Shown one piece after another: positions 11,101 through 22,797 of a DNA stretch of 64,000 nt (positions are counted from its first letter, which is position 1; each line of letters starts with the position of its first letter). This DNA comes from Phoronis australis (taxonomy: Eukaryota; Animalia; Phoronida): contig NMRA01000009.1 in assembly GCA_002633005.1 (NCBI GenBank), positions 1,334,761 through 1,398,760 on the forward strand, in the 5' to 3' direction. Both the position numbers and the translations under genes were made by a program. Under the pieces are notes generated by a model. That model was given only the letters and a program-made list of their open reading frames with translations, was not told the origin of the DNA and ran no database searches.

Positions 11101-14100
11101 TATAAGTAACTCTGCCTCAGTCTGTTAAAGGCAATGCAATGCATGAATACACACCTTCTCATTACTGCCACAGTGAATCTTGGACTCTGTTAATGTACCA
11201 GCTGTACCCGCTTGCCTAGTCAGGTCAATTATCTTGGGTTTGGCTTTGATGCCAACTTGTGTCATAAGAGCATCTAAAACAGACACATAGAAGCCACTAA
11301 GCATTGTAATTGCCAGTAATGACAAATCTTTCCTCTTGAGAATGCTCAAGTTTATAACCTTGTATTTTGAGCCTTTCAGAATTTCTGTGATAATTGTCTT
11401 CACACTGAGAACAGCTTCGTTCTAGAGGTTTTTATACGTATTTGACTGTCAACTGCTGTGTGTAGCAAAACCTTTAAAATTACCCACCAGGAAGGTGTCT
11501 TGTTGCAAAATCACAATATATCATTTTAAAAATACCTTATATTGGTATTGGGTTCATAAAGTAAATTTACATACCCAATTTCTCTTTGGAATTCATTTTG
11601 ACAAATTTTTTCTTCTTTTTCATTAGTCTCTGTGGTCCCTGGTGGACTAGCGTTAGTGTTGCAGAAAACACAAAATTCTGTCGTCTCTTGCTTTTGTTTT
11701 CTTCTCTGAAATGAGAAGTAAATTTAGGAAAATGACCTGAAATGAGATTCCACTAGACACCACACAGTTGAATTCTGATATTTCTGTCACTTTTCATTCT
11801 TTCCTATAAACTGGCATAATGCAGAAGCCAAATGTTATAAGTAGATGTATTAACAACATGACACAATGTTCATGTCGCTCATGATGCTTTCACATAAATG
11901 ACACATTGACTCATTGTATATTCAAAAACAAATTATAAATTGCCATAGTTGAATTATTTTCAATGGCAATAATGATCAGAATTATATATTAGTCTGTGTA
12001 CAGGCCTCATCATGTATTGAGCAGTCCATGTACACTATAAGTGGGCATGAGCCCCCTAAACACAAACACACCACACAAAAAAAAACATCATGTCATTTTC
12101 CTTTGAAAATTGTGACATTACAGATCTTCCAATGTGTATTAAGACCAGTACTCACGCATTGAGCAATTCCAGTATACTGGACAACTCTTGAAAGTGGCCC
12201 TTTTCTACCATTCTGTCTGCTTCATCAATTACCAAGCAGCGGATGTCAACCAGAGTGGACAAGTGGTCATCACCCTTCATAACAATAACAAAGACATATT
12301 AATGCTAAACCAACACCTCCTTTCCCTAATTGCCCAAAACAAAATTGGGGAAAATGTTAATTAAGAGATCAAGCAGGACTCAACAATTTCTTTTCCATGA
12401 TAGTGTAATTATTGCATAATATATTGTGGAGCGCAGCCTTGTGATTCAAAAGATGCTGTGAACTGAATGCTGACTGACATGCTAACCACATGAAATCGAG
12501 ATGAAAATTAACGTCAAATGTTTTATTGAACAATGGAACTGACAAAATACCACACATAATGACAAAGGGGCAATGATAACCAAACTGACTTGAATACAAA
12601 CATGTTTAAACCTGTAGAATGCTCATTAAAAACTGAACTTGTCATTCATATAAACTAAATGCTGAAAGACCTCCAGAAATTCACAGTACCATTCAGTATG
12701 AAAAACCCATTTTGTAAATACACTCGTTTATACCATGACACTCGTATTGTTAAATCGAACAAGTGAAGGATCCTGACATTGGACACTCAAATAACACAAT
12801 GAGAATGTCACGTGGAAGAGGTGTCTTTCATCACAAGGGATCTGAGTTTTCAAAAACTAATTACAGATAACTGAAATATATCATGTTGGAAATTTTATAT
12901 TAAAATGAAACCACCACTACAAAATCATTCTATTACACTTACTTTTTAACGAATAGGCAAAAATTGATACCTTGAGAAATCTCAATTCATTTAAAAATGC
13001 ATTTGAAGTGAAGCCTGGTCAATCGTTAACTGGCAAGCAGAAAAAGTTGCACGCGCAATTTATTCAACAGGCGGAGAGCGCGTCACAACGTGATCAACCT
13101 CAAAGACATAAGAAAAGAACCCACCTGGCAGTCAATAGATGTCAGTGAAATGTAACAAGAGAGCAATCAACTCTATGTTTCTGTTAGAATAGCTTTCATT
13201 TAGTGGGAACTGACACTGAGCAGACAATGAAATTTTGGAAGGGCTGACCAACTGTAGGATTTTCATAGGATGGAGTATTTTGACTCACCAATGTGAATGG
13301 TTTTTATGCCAAAAGAAATGAAGTCTCACAAAGGAAAATGTTTGAGATTGACTTTGATTCGATAAGTAACCAATGTTTGTATTTTTTCTATTCAGTAGCA
13401 AACATATGATTTTTTTATTTTCACGAGTAGTTACCTTTTATTCACTTTTTGTTTGTTAGAACCATCAATGAGCACAGGTGAACAATGAACAATGAAGAGG
13501 GCAAACAAGAATAGCTTCAAATTGTTACTACAAAACATAGCAGTAGCAGAATTCGTTCGAAAATTTGCATGAGGCATCTCACGTATCATAGCAGACACAA
13601 ACATCCAAAGTTACTAAGTATCTGTGAACGTATACATACCTCCTCTATGAGCTGCCATAGACGCCCCGGTGTTGCCACCACTATCTCAGGCCGACTACGC
13701 AATACACGCTGTTGTTTTTGGGCTGCCATGCCACCAACGATGACAGCAATCTGAAAGTGAAGTAGACAGAGAGATTACAATATATACAAATGGTGTGACA
13801 TGTCACAAGATCAGATCATTCACAACAGTGACTTCGCGTGTGCATGCCGTCATAGTAAAATGTCCTAATTATTGGGATTTAGCAATTGAGAGGATTGCTT
13901 CTGTCTTGACACCATTTACATTTTAGACTGGCCACTTGAAATGAAATATGACTGCATGACACTTGCACTACCAAACAAGAGCAACGCAAAGCATTGATTA
14001 GCGCCCACAGTGCACTGTAAACGGCACATTTCTAGGGGTGCTTATCAGCTTTATATAAGATACAAAGAGAGACAACAATTATACCACAAGAGGTAGCTGC

Positions 14101-17100
14101 AATAGTCAGAACTGACAAAAAAGTTTTGATACTTCACCTCGAAACTCAACAAGATCATAATTATCACGGAATTCGTTGACGTATACACTTCAAAAGTACA
14201 AACTGAATGTAGCCACTCACCTTAATTTTTGTAAACTGTGCTGCCTTTTCCAAATGATTCTTCACTTGCATTGCCAGTTCCCGGGTTGGAGTTAGAATAA
14301 GGGCCATTAACTTGCCAGTACGCTGTTTGGCTACAGAGTCACTTTCTTTCAACCTGTCGTATTGCACCTGTGTGACATTCACACACCCACTTTCACTGCT
14401 CTGAGGACATAAATGTAGTAATCATAACAAGGGATTATTATGCCATTTTTAAAAAAGTATTTTTTGAATACGTAGTAAAAACATGTTTAACTTAAAAGGG
14501 TATGACTGATATCCCATTTCCAAGTTCTCAGCGTCATACATGAATATGTACAAACTTAGACTATTGGCAGTAGTATGTGTAGATGACAACTTCTTTGAGA
14601 CTGATAGATCTATTTATTTATTTATTTTATTCACCACACGTCATACAATACGACACGAAAATATAATACAACATTGTATAAAACTGATACAGATAGACAA
14701 GGCTATAAACTAAATGTAAGCATGACCAATAGGACCAAGGTAAAAGTGAAAAAGGTCAACACGAAAAAGTATGTCCTTATGTATACTTGATCAGTGCTGT
14801 ATTAGTGAAACAAATAGCTAAAAAAATGAATACATACATCAATAGGCATATGTGTATAACTAAATAAAATGTACTAATTAGTTACAGAGGTAGAGCATGA
14901 TCAAGGTGCAACAGGCAGTCAGAATGGGATGTGGTAAGAGCAGAAACCAGACTCTATTTAATATCAGAGTATAAGTCTATACATCAATTTTAATCAGGAA
15001 TTTACCTTTTTAAGGGTGTTACTGGCTATTTTTGACCATTGATGCTTCTTTCATTTGATTTTTTAGACTGTTAGATTGACATTGATGTTTTATGGCTTTG
15101 ATATACTGCCATCATCTGCTCACTAATTTTGTTTAGAGTCAAAGGATTTTGATTTCTGCAGCCTATAATTCAGGGCTTGGAATGACCAATGACAAAAAAC
15201 GCGGAAACTTTGAAACTTTTACGGCCCAAATCATGCCCGATAACCAGCCTTGAAATGGTCAATGTTAACCTTTCCCCGACAAAAATCGGGACTAAAAAAA
15301 AAAAAAANATAACACGAGAAGCCATTGAAAATCCCACCACGCTGTCCCAGATGCCCCGGCAATGTTCACAATTTACGTTCCTCCGAAACATAAAGAGCAA
15401 CTTCCGCTTTTCGAGGTGAACGTTGTCTGCAACGCCGCGGTAAGAAAGGAATTTGCCGCGGAAATTTTATATCAAATCCGATTTTTTTACGCGGAAATAT
15501 TATAAAAAAAGCGGAAAGCACATTTGAAAAAAGCGGAAATCCGCGTTTCCGCGGAAAATTCCAAGCCCTGATAATTGATCGGTTCTTTCATGATAATCGA
15601 CTCACATTTGTCATCCAAGTGGTAAGCCTTGGGATTTTGACGAAATTTCCAAGAGGTTTTGCCCATGTCATAAACCTGAGACTCGTGTAGGATTCTCCCC
15701 GTTTTAGCCAATCACAGGAGAGAAGTGTGAGTTGTCATGAAATAATACCCATTAATACATGACCTACCTCCTCTTGCTGACTGTGTTCTAATACAGGTGA
15801 TTTGTTCCCAGCGTTCCTTAATAGAATCTGGTGAAGAACTGGGATACCAAAGGCCAGCGTCTTACCACTGCCCTGAAGAAGAAGGAGAACCATCACAGAA
15901 CAAAGACACACACTTTTCATTATAGCATTTACAGTTTTATAGAAAACCATGCTCCGGTTGGCTTTAACTATCTTCACTTAATCTGCTCTAGCTCAAGGCA
16001 TGAGCTGGCCTCAATTACAACACAAGCAAACAGCACGATGGAAGCTGGAGAAAACATTGGTGAAGGCAATGGAGTATGTAATGTTCCTTAATACAGATGA
16101 CAAAAATTCTCTTTCCATATTTACCATTTTGAATATTAAAAATATTTATGTCACGTTCTCTTTCAACGACTGCTCTTGAATCAAAACACATTTTGTTCAG
16201 TCTCAAACTTGAACCGAGTGTACACATTGGACAAATAACAGCCACAGGAATATAAAAGAAGTTGTAGAGCCCCTGCACACTGAATAAATGAATTCGCAAA
16301 CATGAGTGAGTCACGCAGAGAAGGACCGTCTAAGGAAGCACCATGACCTGATGGTGGTGAGAGAACAGACTGGCTGCAGTGACAAGATATGACAGAACTA
16401 CATACAAATAGACCAAGGCTACTCTGGAATGATCGTAGTAACTGATCTGATCTTCGAACAAGAGCAAACCCTAAATCATTCACAAACACAACCCATTCTC
16501 ACTTACAAGACCTTTTAACCTAGTTAGGTTTTTTTTAACATGCTTACAGTCTCAGCAGCTCCCACAATGTCCATCCTGTCTCTAATAGCTGAAGGTAAAG
16601 CCAGAGCTTGTATTGATGTTGGACTGGTGAACCCTTGCACTTGTAACGCCCTCAGTACCTTGTCAGGGACATACAGGTCTTTCCATGCAGACATATCCAC
16701 TTAATAAAGCAAACAAATATATTAAGATAATATGATACAGATCCAAACTGTCTTGCGTACACTTTTAAATTAATCCATACTTCAGCAACAAGTTCATGTA
16801 AAATCACTGAGAGGAAAAGATAAAAATAAAACCACTGCCAAACCATATCGTGGTATTTTGTAGACATGCATTTTGAAATGATGTCCAGTTTACAGTTCCA
16901 TGATTTTTTATTGACATTAACATGTTAACAGCACTTAAGGTGGAACATTGATTGTGCTGCAACATATGTTTGTTATGCGGATGGGTGATTTTACAAAGGT
17001 GCTGCGTCTTCTGTTACACCCATTGTATTTTTCCATGCTCATTTCTGCCCTCTTTACATTTCTTTAGCCAACTCTCGTATACAGCTTTAATATCACATTG

Positions 17101-20100
17101 TGTATTATTCAGCAGTACTCACCCTTATACTTTGCTGGGTTCAAATTGCAAAACATTACGATTTTACCAAAACGCAGGAAATGAGCTCTAAATTAACAAA
17201 ACTTTCACGGCAGGTCCCCTCAAACCTCTTGACAGGATGGGGACACCTTCTCCCATATCTACCACAACCAACCTTTGGATGTTTATTTGCACGCTACTTG
17301 GGTGCTCAAATACATTTCTGCCCTCTTGTAGTTTTGGAAAACAGAACCACGCTGTACTATTTTTACAGAAACTGTGGTCAAACAGTAAACTAAATATCAA
17401 CAATAACCTATAAAACCAGAGCAATTTAAAGCATTGAAATGTGCCAACTGCTCTATGCTTCTAGGTGCATTTATTAACCATACAAATGGCCACTAGGTAG
17501 CGCAAAATATGTAACGTTGTCAGAAAATGAAGGCCTTGTCACTTCTCTAACAGAATTCTATTCGCCAAATTACATGAAAATCCATTCACAAACTCCAAAG
17601 ATACAGAGGCTAGGCTAATGTAAAAAACAGAATTGCGAGGCACAGTGGAAAGTGGATCCACTTTCGTATACATTCACCAAATTTACAAAGACACTGCAAG
17701 GAGTTAGGAGATATAGTTGTGAGTGTAAAAAAAAATTGCCACTATGGAGAGCCAGAGTTATTGGATAACAAAACTGGACTCAAAAATAATAAAAATGACC
17801 CGTAGGTGGCACAGAATACGTCAAATTCATGCAACAAGAGCAACGTGGAACGTTGAAATGTGCCCGTGAATGCATCGCAAACGGTGTGCTTTAGGGTTGT
17901 TTATTTGTGTCATAAAAATGGCCACTAGATGGCGCAAAAATGTAAAATCTATCTGAAAATGGGAACATGTCATAGCTTCTTTAATAGAAAGCTATTACCA
18001 AAATTTCACATAAATCTGTTACGGAACTTCAGAGAAACAAAGGAAAACAGAATAAAATGAAATTGCCACTAGGGGGCACAGCCATAGGCACAAAAATAAC
18101 AAAACTACCACTAATAGGCGCCACAGTAGTCCAAGTCATCGGAAAATCATCGTCAGTCATCCACTTTATAGTACGAACATCCATGTCAATTTTCACAATC
18201 ATCCTTAGAGCGTTTTGGTTGATAGAGGGGTGGACGCCTAAAAACAGACTCGATAACAGTAAAAATGGCCACTAGGTGGCGCAAATTACGTGGAGCCTAT
18301 CCAAAAATGGTAGGATAGCATCATCTCACTAATAAATGCCTGCATGCCAAATTTTATGAAAATACGCTGAAGACCTTTGAAGATACAGAGGTAAGCGTAA
18401 AAAACTAAAATTGCCACTTGCGGGCACACCGGTAGTCGGATCCGTCTGAAAGTTTAGTCATGCCGTCCCATCCATGAAAGGAACACATGTTCAAAATTTC
18501 ATGAACATACGTCTCAAATGGTTTTGGAGTTAGAGCAGCAGACGCCTGACGCTGGATGGACGCCGAACAGACGCTGCCTGAACGGACAGACGGAGATGAC
18601 GGCATAATGCGTCCACATATAAATATGTGGGCGAATAAAAATGAGAAGGAGGTGTAACCATCTTAGATAGAAACCTATTTGCCAAATTTCATGAAAAAAA
18701 ACACACCAAAGAACTCCAAAGATATAGAGACAAATGTAAAAGACTAAAATTAGCACTACAGGGAACAGTGGTAGTTGGATTGGTCCAAAACTCATCATCA
18801 TCTATCACAGGAACATAAGTGTCAAACCTCATTAAGATCCGGCAAGGAGATTAGGAGATACAGAAGCAGACCCTGATTGCCAAGACAGAGACGATGGCAA
18901 TATTCACCCAAATAACCATATGTGGGTGCATAGTAAGTGTTTCTAGCCCTTTCACATCAAGACGTGTCGGGTGCAGAGAATGTTGAGCGAGACATAACTA
19001 AGTTCAGGGTAATAAATTAAAGTATATTGATCAAACACAACATAATACTATTTACTTGATACCCTCTTGTACAGGTTGTCTGTTTCGTGAAAAGTGACTT
19101 AACAAAAAAATTTGGTCTTACACTCCAACTTCACAATTGCCAAATAAAAGTTCAGTTGTGTAATTAGTAGTACATCACTGCCCGCAAATAATTTGTACAA
19201 ATTTCGTCAATAAGTAACAATTATGGCTATATGAATTTGTAAATCTTGAACCAGTCAGCACGCCACCTGTTGGCCACATCATGTGACCTAATGAACATAG
19301 GTCTAAAAACATTTCTGCCCGATCACGAATTACGAATTATGGGTATATTCTCAGATACTTTATTTGTTTGCTGAAATGAGTTTTAATCATTTTTCAGAAA
19401 TATTTATAATCCTAAGTTTTAAGTCACTTTTCATGAAACAGAGCCCAGATGTCTATATGTTCACTCCAGTGCTCTTAAGCTAAATGATACTTAGCCAGCT
19501 TGAGATAATTTTCATAAGGAAAACTAAAAACATTTGAAATATACGCAATAAGAGCAAAATCCAACAACGTGAATGCAGGTCTAAGAAATTACCACTACCT
19601 TCAGAATTAGTGCTCTTTTGAGCATCCATGCCCTCTGCTTCCAACTTCCGTTTTTTCACATGTTGTGGCTCTCTGTTCTCTGTAAAAAGTAAGACATTTT
19701 GAACAGTGGCAAATGAGACAGAATAGGTCACTTAACATTTTTACAATTCTGACATGAATATTTATGACACAAAAGAATTGAGGCATTTAAAGAATTATAA
19801 CCAAACCCTGGAGTCAATATCAATGTGTAAAATGAAATAAAACAGTTGAATGTGTATCAAGAATTACATGGGTTACATCTCTTCAGGACTTAGAACTTAT
19901 GTGTTTTATAACACGAAATGGAGCAAAAATTTCATAAATTCACAGAAGAGCAGAATTTTATGAAGGCAGTGTAACTTAGTAGTAAAGTTTCTGCCATCCA
20001 GTCTAAAGACCACGGGTTCAAATCCCACAGTGATAAACCCTTAAATAAGGTCCATTGCTCCAGTGCTATATGTGTTATGCATCGAATATTGTAATGTTGA

Positions 20101-22084
20101 AATTTGTCTATGCGTACAAGAGAGCAATGACATAAACTAGTCCTTGGCTAAGCATGTAATGTACCACATTATTCCTTTGATTTCAATCATCATTTTTTCA
20201 AATTTGATGAACATTCTTTAATCAACTCTATTACAACTGCTGAGCACCTAGGTGACCCTTTCACAAAAAACAGTTTAAATTTGAGAGTATATTGCGAAAA
20301 ATGGTCAAAGAAAATGGTCTCATGGCAACGGTTAACTGTTCATCTTCACATGCTAATAAAGAAAAAATGTGTATCTTCATATCTCTAACTCGAGAAATTC
20401 TGAACTGTGTCTGAGGTCTTACTATCCAATCTGATCTTATCCTTTAGTAAGAGAACATTTCTCAATAAACTTACTCATCATTGCGCGTTTCCGTTTTGGA
20501 GCGACATTTCTTTCTTTTGGTTTACCATGTATTTCACCAGTAAGACTATGCACAGTAAATGTCCCACTCTTGGTCACGACCGTTCCTATGCTTTTATCAA
20601 GAATTTGCTTACTGCAGCCTTTTTCTTTGAGTTTACCATCAACTTCTTCAGTGTTTTTATCTTTGTGTTTTCTTTTTCGTTTCCTTTTTTTAGATGTCTC
20701 TGATGGCGTTGAATTCTGAAACAAATATAAAAACTAAATTCTTTAAAAGAGAAGACAACCATTTTTGGCCTCATTTTAGCCTCATGCTAGTTCTTGCACC
20801 TTTGAGAATGAGGAGTGCACCTTAAAACATGTCAGGAATATGAAGTTGTGTACCATTTAGCTATTCATTTAATGTTTCACTGTGCTTCTGCTGAACAGGT
20901 CACTCAAAGAGTAAAAGTGTTCCATTAAACCAATTTCCAGTGGATGACAAGGTCCGTCAGAATTAGCATATTGCTGTCAAGAATGCAGCATTGCCTGTTC
21001 ATGGCCACAGCTACAGCGGCCAGCGTCACATGCTTCACTCAGTCTCGCAGTAACCTTTTCACCTAACTCATGTGACTCAGCTAAAATACTTTGTGGTTAC
21101 CGTGTACGTGGTGAAAAAGTTCCCCAGTCACCTTACTTCTCGTAAGTTATGAAATCTTGAAAAATCGGCAATAACTGCCATTCATCCGGAACTCATCGGA
21201 TAATTCCGTATCGTCCTTGACCTTCGTGGGACCAAGGAGTTGCTCCGGACCGGCTTTTTGGTATGACACTCCCTACCAGAAATTCCACAGGTGCTTCACT
21301 TCAACCGTCCATATCAAACACAAAACTCAATAAATTTACACAAAACAAGGTTTCAACAAACCATTAGCAATTGTTCTTTCTTCCAGTATCATTCACAGTG
21401 TCCTGCTCCAGCGAGATCGCAATGAATTCCCGGTCAAAGCACAAAAATGTTCCCTAAAAGCTCAAACACACTTTACACTTTGTCGGTTCGAGGTCAGGAC
21501 CGTACGTAAAGTCACGATGTTGATAACGCCGTCCATCCGTAATTCATCGGTAATTTCCATACCGCCCTTGACCTCGAACCGACAAAGTGCAAAGTATGCT
21601 TGCGCTTTTTGGGAACATTTTTGTGCTTTGATAGGGAATTTATTGCGAACTTGCTGGAGCAGGACACCGTGAATTGTATTATATACTTTATAAGAAAGAA
21701 CAATTTCTCATGGTTTGTTGAACCCCTGTTTTGCGTAAATTTATTGAGTTATGTGTTTGATATGGACGGCTGAATCAAAGCACCCGTGGAATTTCTAGTC
21801 CCGAGTGCCATACCTTGTTGTATTACATGTAGTGTAGTGGGGACGCGATCAGGAGCTGGGGACGCCTGTGGCTGTGACTGTGTCTCGAACCGTTTTAAAA
21901 CAAACCTTACCTGTTCAGTTTGCGATTCAATTTGAATGCTTCCGTCATTTCCTTTAACGATTGTGTAATCTGTTAAAGTTTCTAAGCTGATGAAGTTACT
22001 GAATTCATGATCTGCGAAATGTTTTGGATCGACTTGTACTTGTTGCCATTTGCCCCTTTTCACATGCTTCGTGGACGCAGCCAT
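5135..22084 (-). CDS. DDX24: ATP-dependent RNA helicase DDX24 (MAK5 family), 16 coding exons, ~739 aa
   Basis: Exons (5'->3' on minus): 22084-21911, 20715-20475, 19679-19599 (alt. donor 19593), 16699-16548, 15872-15768, 14400-14221, 13750-13640, 12274-12156, 11705-11575, 11273-11155, 10622-10445, 9975-9872, 8707-8590, 7098-6918, 6652-6489, 5196-5135. All are GT-AG with consistent phases (2220 nt). Motifs: Q (GFTSPTSIQ), [46 protein letters not shown]24-typical segments [41 protein letters not shown] and KYPTQSG. Exons 2, 3 and the last exon are less certain. Confidence 0.93.
6653..6917 (-). other. U12-type (minor spliceosome) GT-AG intron in DDX24
   Basis: The 5' site is GTATCCTTG. The 3' end reads TGCCTTAGtgtggggtcAG with no polypyrimidine tract. 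The frame joins (..QQL-L-HDLGD). Confidence 0.78.
8968..9790. repeat. 32-bp minisatellite, ~25 copies
   Basis: Unit ATGGTGGATATTAATGCATGCTACTGCAATGT with point variants. Confidence 0.95.
9994..10289. repeat. 148-bp near-perfect tandem duplication
   Basis: CAAATAAGTCTTTAAATAAA..GTCTTATTTTTTGTTAT starts at 9994 and again at 10142. Confidence 0.92.
10819..11075 (+). mobile_element. Penelope-like retroelement remnant (post-RT/linker region), antisense in a DDX24 intron
   Basis: Translates to [19 protein letters not shown], then after a frameshift [42 protein letters not shown]. This resembles the L..NGYP and LYY.NQM..LIIYYKN segments I recall from Penelope-like elements. Confidence 0.65.
15171..15570. 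mobile_element. 400-bp MITE, 13-bp TIR CAGGGCTTGGAAT, 6-bp TSD ATAATT
   Basis: Perfect TIRs at 15171-15183 and 15558-15570; ATAATT at 15165-15170 and 15571-15576; internal GCGGAAA subrepeats; one N at 15308. Confidence 0.85.
17400..18935 (-). mobile_element. Second copy of the same HINE-like family (plus an older fragment) in a DDX24 intron
   Basis: The same terminal hairpin (GCGTCCACATATAAATATGTGGGCG, ~18609-18633), GGAC-like microsatellite and internal repeats as 1-1667, increasingly decayed to the left. A decayed second terminus lies near 18905-18932. The left boundary is approximate. Confidence 0.75.
19075..19448. mobile_element. MITE with ~25-bp TIRs (PIF/Harbinger-like end)
   Basis: Left TCTGTTTCGTGAAAAGTGACTTAA and right TTAAGTCACTTTTCATGAAACAGAGCCCAG. 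The superfamily call rests only on the CTG|GGC-type end. Confidence 0.65.
19964..20070 (+). mobile_element. Degenerate tRNA-derived SINE head
   Basis: A-box-like TAACTTAGTAG and B-box GGTTCAAATCC (20015-20025), followed by CCCTTAAATAAGG..ATTGCTCC; no intact cloverleaf. Confidence 0.5.
21260..21814. repeat. Long imperfect inverted repeat (foldback/MITE-like) in DDX24 intron 1
   Basis: The arm 21260-21496 is the reverse complement of 21569-21814 (e.g. CCGTCCATATCAAACACA/TGTGTTTGATATGGACGG; ACTTTGTCGGTTCGAGGTCA/TGACCTCGAACCGACAAAGT), with a ~70-nt spacer. Confidence 0.88.
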
Positions 22085-22500
22085 TTTTTTGCATAGTCCT
22101 AAACCCAGAAAAATCCAGAAATTATGGGCTTTGCTTGAATTGAATAAAATACATAAATGTTCATCAGACAAGATTAAAATCAAAATTATCACAATAAATT
22201 TTCCAATATGTTGTTTTTGAACACACCTGTGACGAAATAATTTTTTGATTATTTTTGTTTTTGAGGCTATAATCTTGGAAAATCAAGCGCGAAAGAAAAG
22301 CACCGATTCCGATTCAGTCGGCGGTTCAAACTTGTTATCTGCACTCCAAAGGGACTCCAGCGTACTTGCAAACATTAAAAACTCTTTATCTCGTAAGGAC
22401 CTTCGTACGTTTGAGCTAAAGGCTGTACAGACTGTACAGTACATTGACCCAGTCTTGGAACACAAGCCAATCTCATTGACCAGTTATGACCATGATGGCA
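22085..22500. promoter_or_regulatory. Probable shared promoter region of DDX24 and NSMCE1
   Basis: Upstream of the DDX24 ATG and locally CpG-richer. The first coding exon of NSMCE1 has an acceptor, so its non-coding exon 1 should lie between here and 23968. The TSS positions are not visible. Confidence 0.45.
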
Positions 22501-22704
22501 TGAGATGAGTAGAGTAGCCAGTCATTTTAACTGTTTAGAAACAGGCTACCTGTCGAGTTGTCATCTATCTAGCTGCATCAAGACGTTTATACGGTTTTGT
22601 AGCCTACCAACGCTTTTTAGCTATCTCATAGCTGCTTGACGTTAGGCCTACACTATTGTTGAATGGGTAGGTTCCTGTGCTGGGAACTGACTGTGGCAGG
22701 GGCA

Positions 22705-22797
22705 CAGGCGTGCTCAGCTTCTGATCGTCCCCAATACACTACATATAATAGTATTATATGTAGTGTATTGGGGACAATCAGAAGCTGAGGACGCCTG
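22705..22797. mobile_element. 93-bp palindromic mini-MITE with 6-bp TSD GGGGCA
   Basis: 46-bp arms around the single base 22751, with 2 mismatches; ends CAGG...CCTG; GGGGCA at 22699-22704 and 22798-22803. Confidence 0.85.

Noticed and set aside
15001-15165. Possible extra DDX24 exon for the insert between motifs I and Ia
   Set aside because: All three minus-strand frames contain stops, and the flanking exons already join in phase.
19964-20030. Possible tRNA gene
   Set aside because: A and B boxes are present, but the acceptor and anticodon stems do not pair and a SINE-like body follows.
22245-22508. 87-aa ORF upstream of DDX24
   Set aside because: Non-ATG start, no recognisable homology, and no splice connection to the NSMCE1 frame that I could establish.
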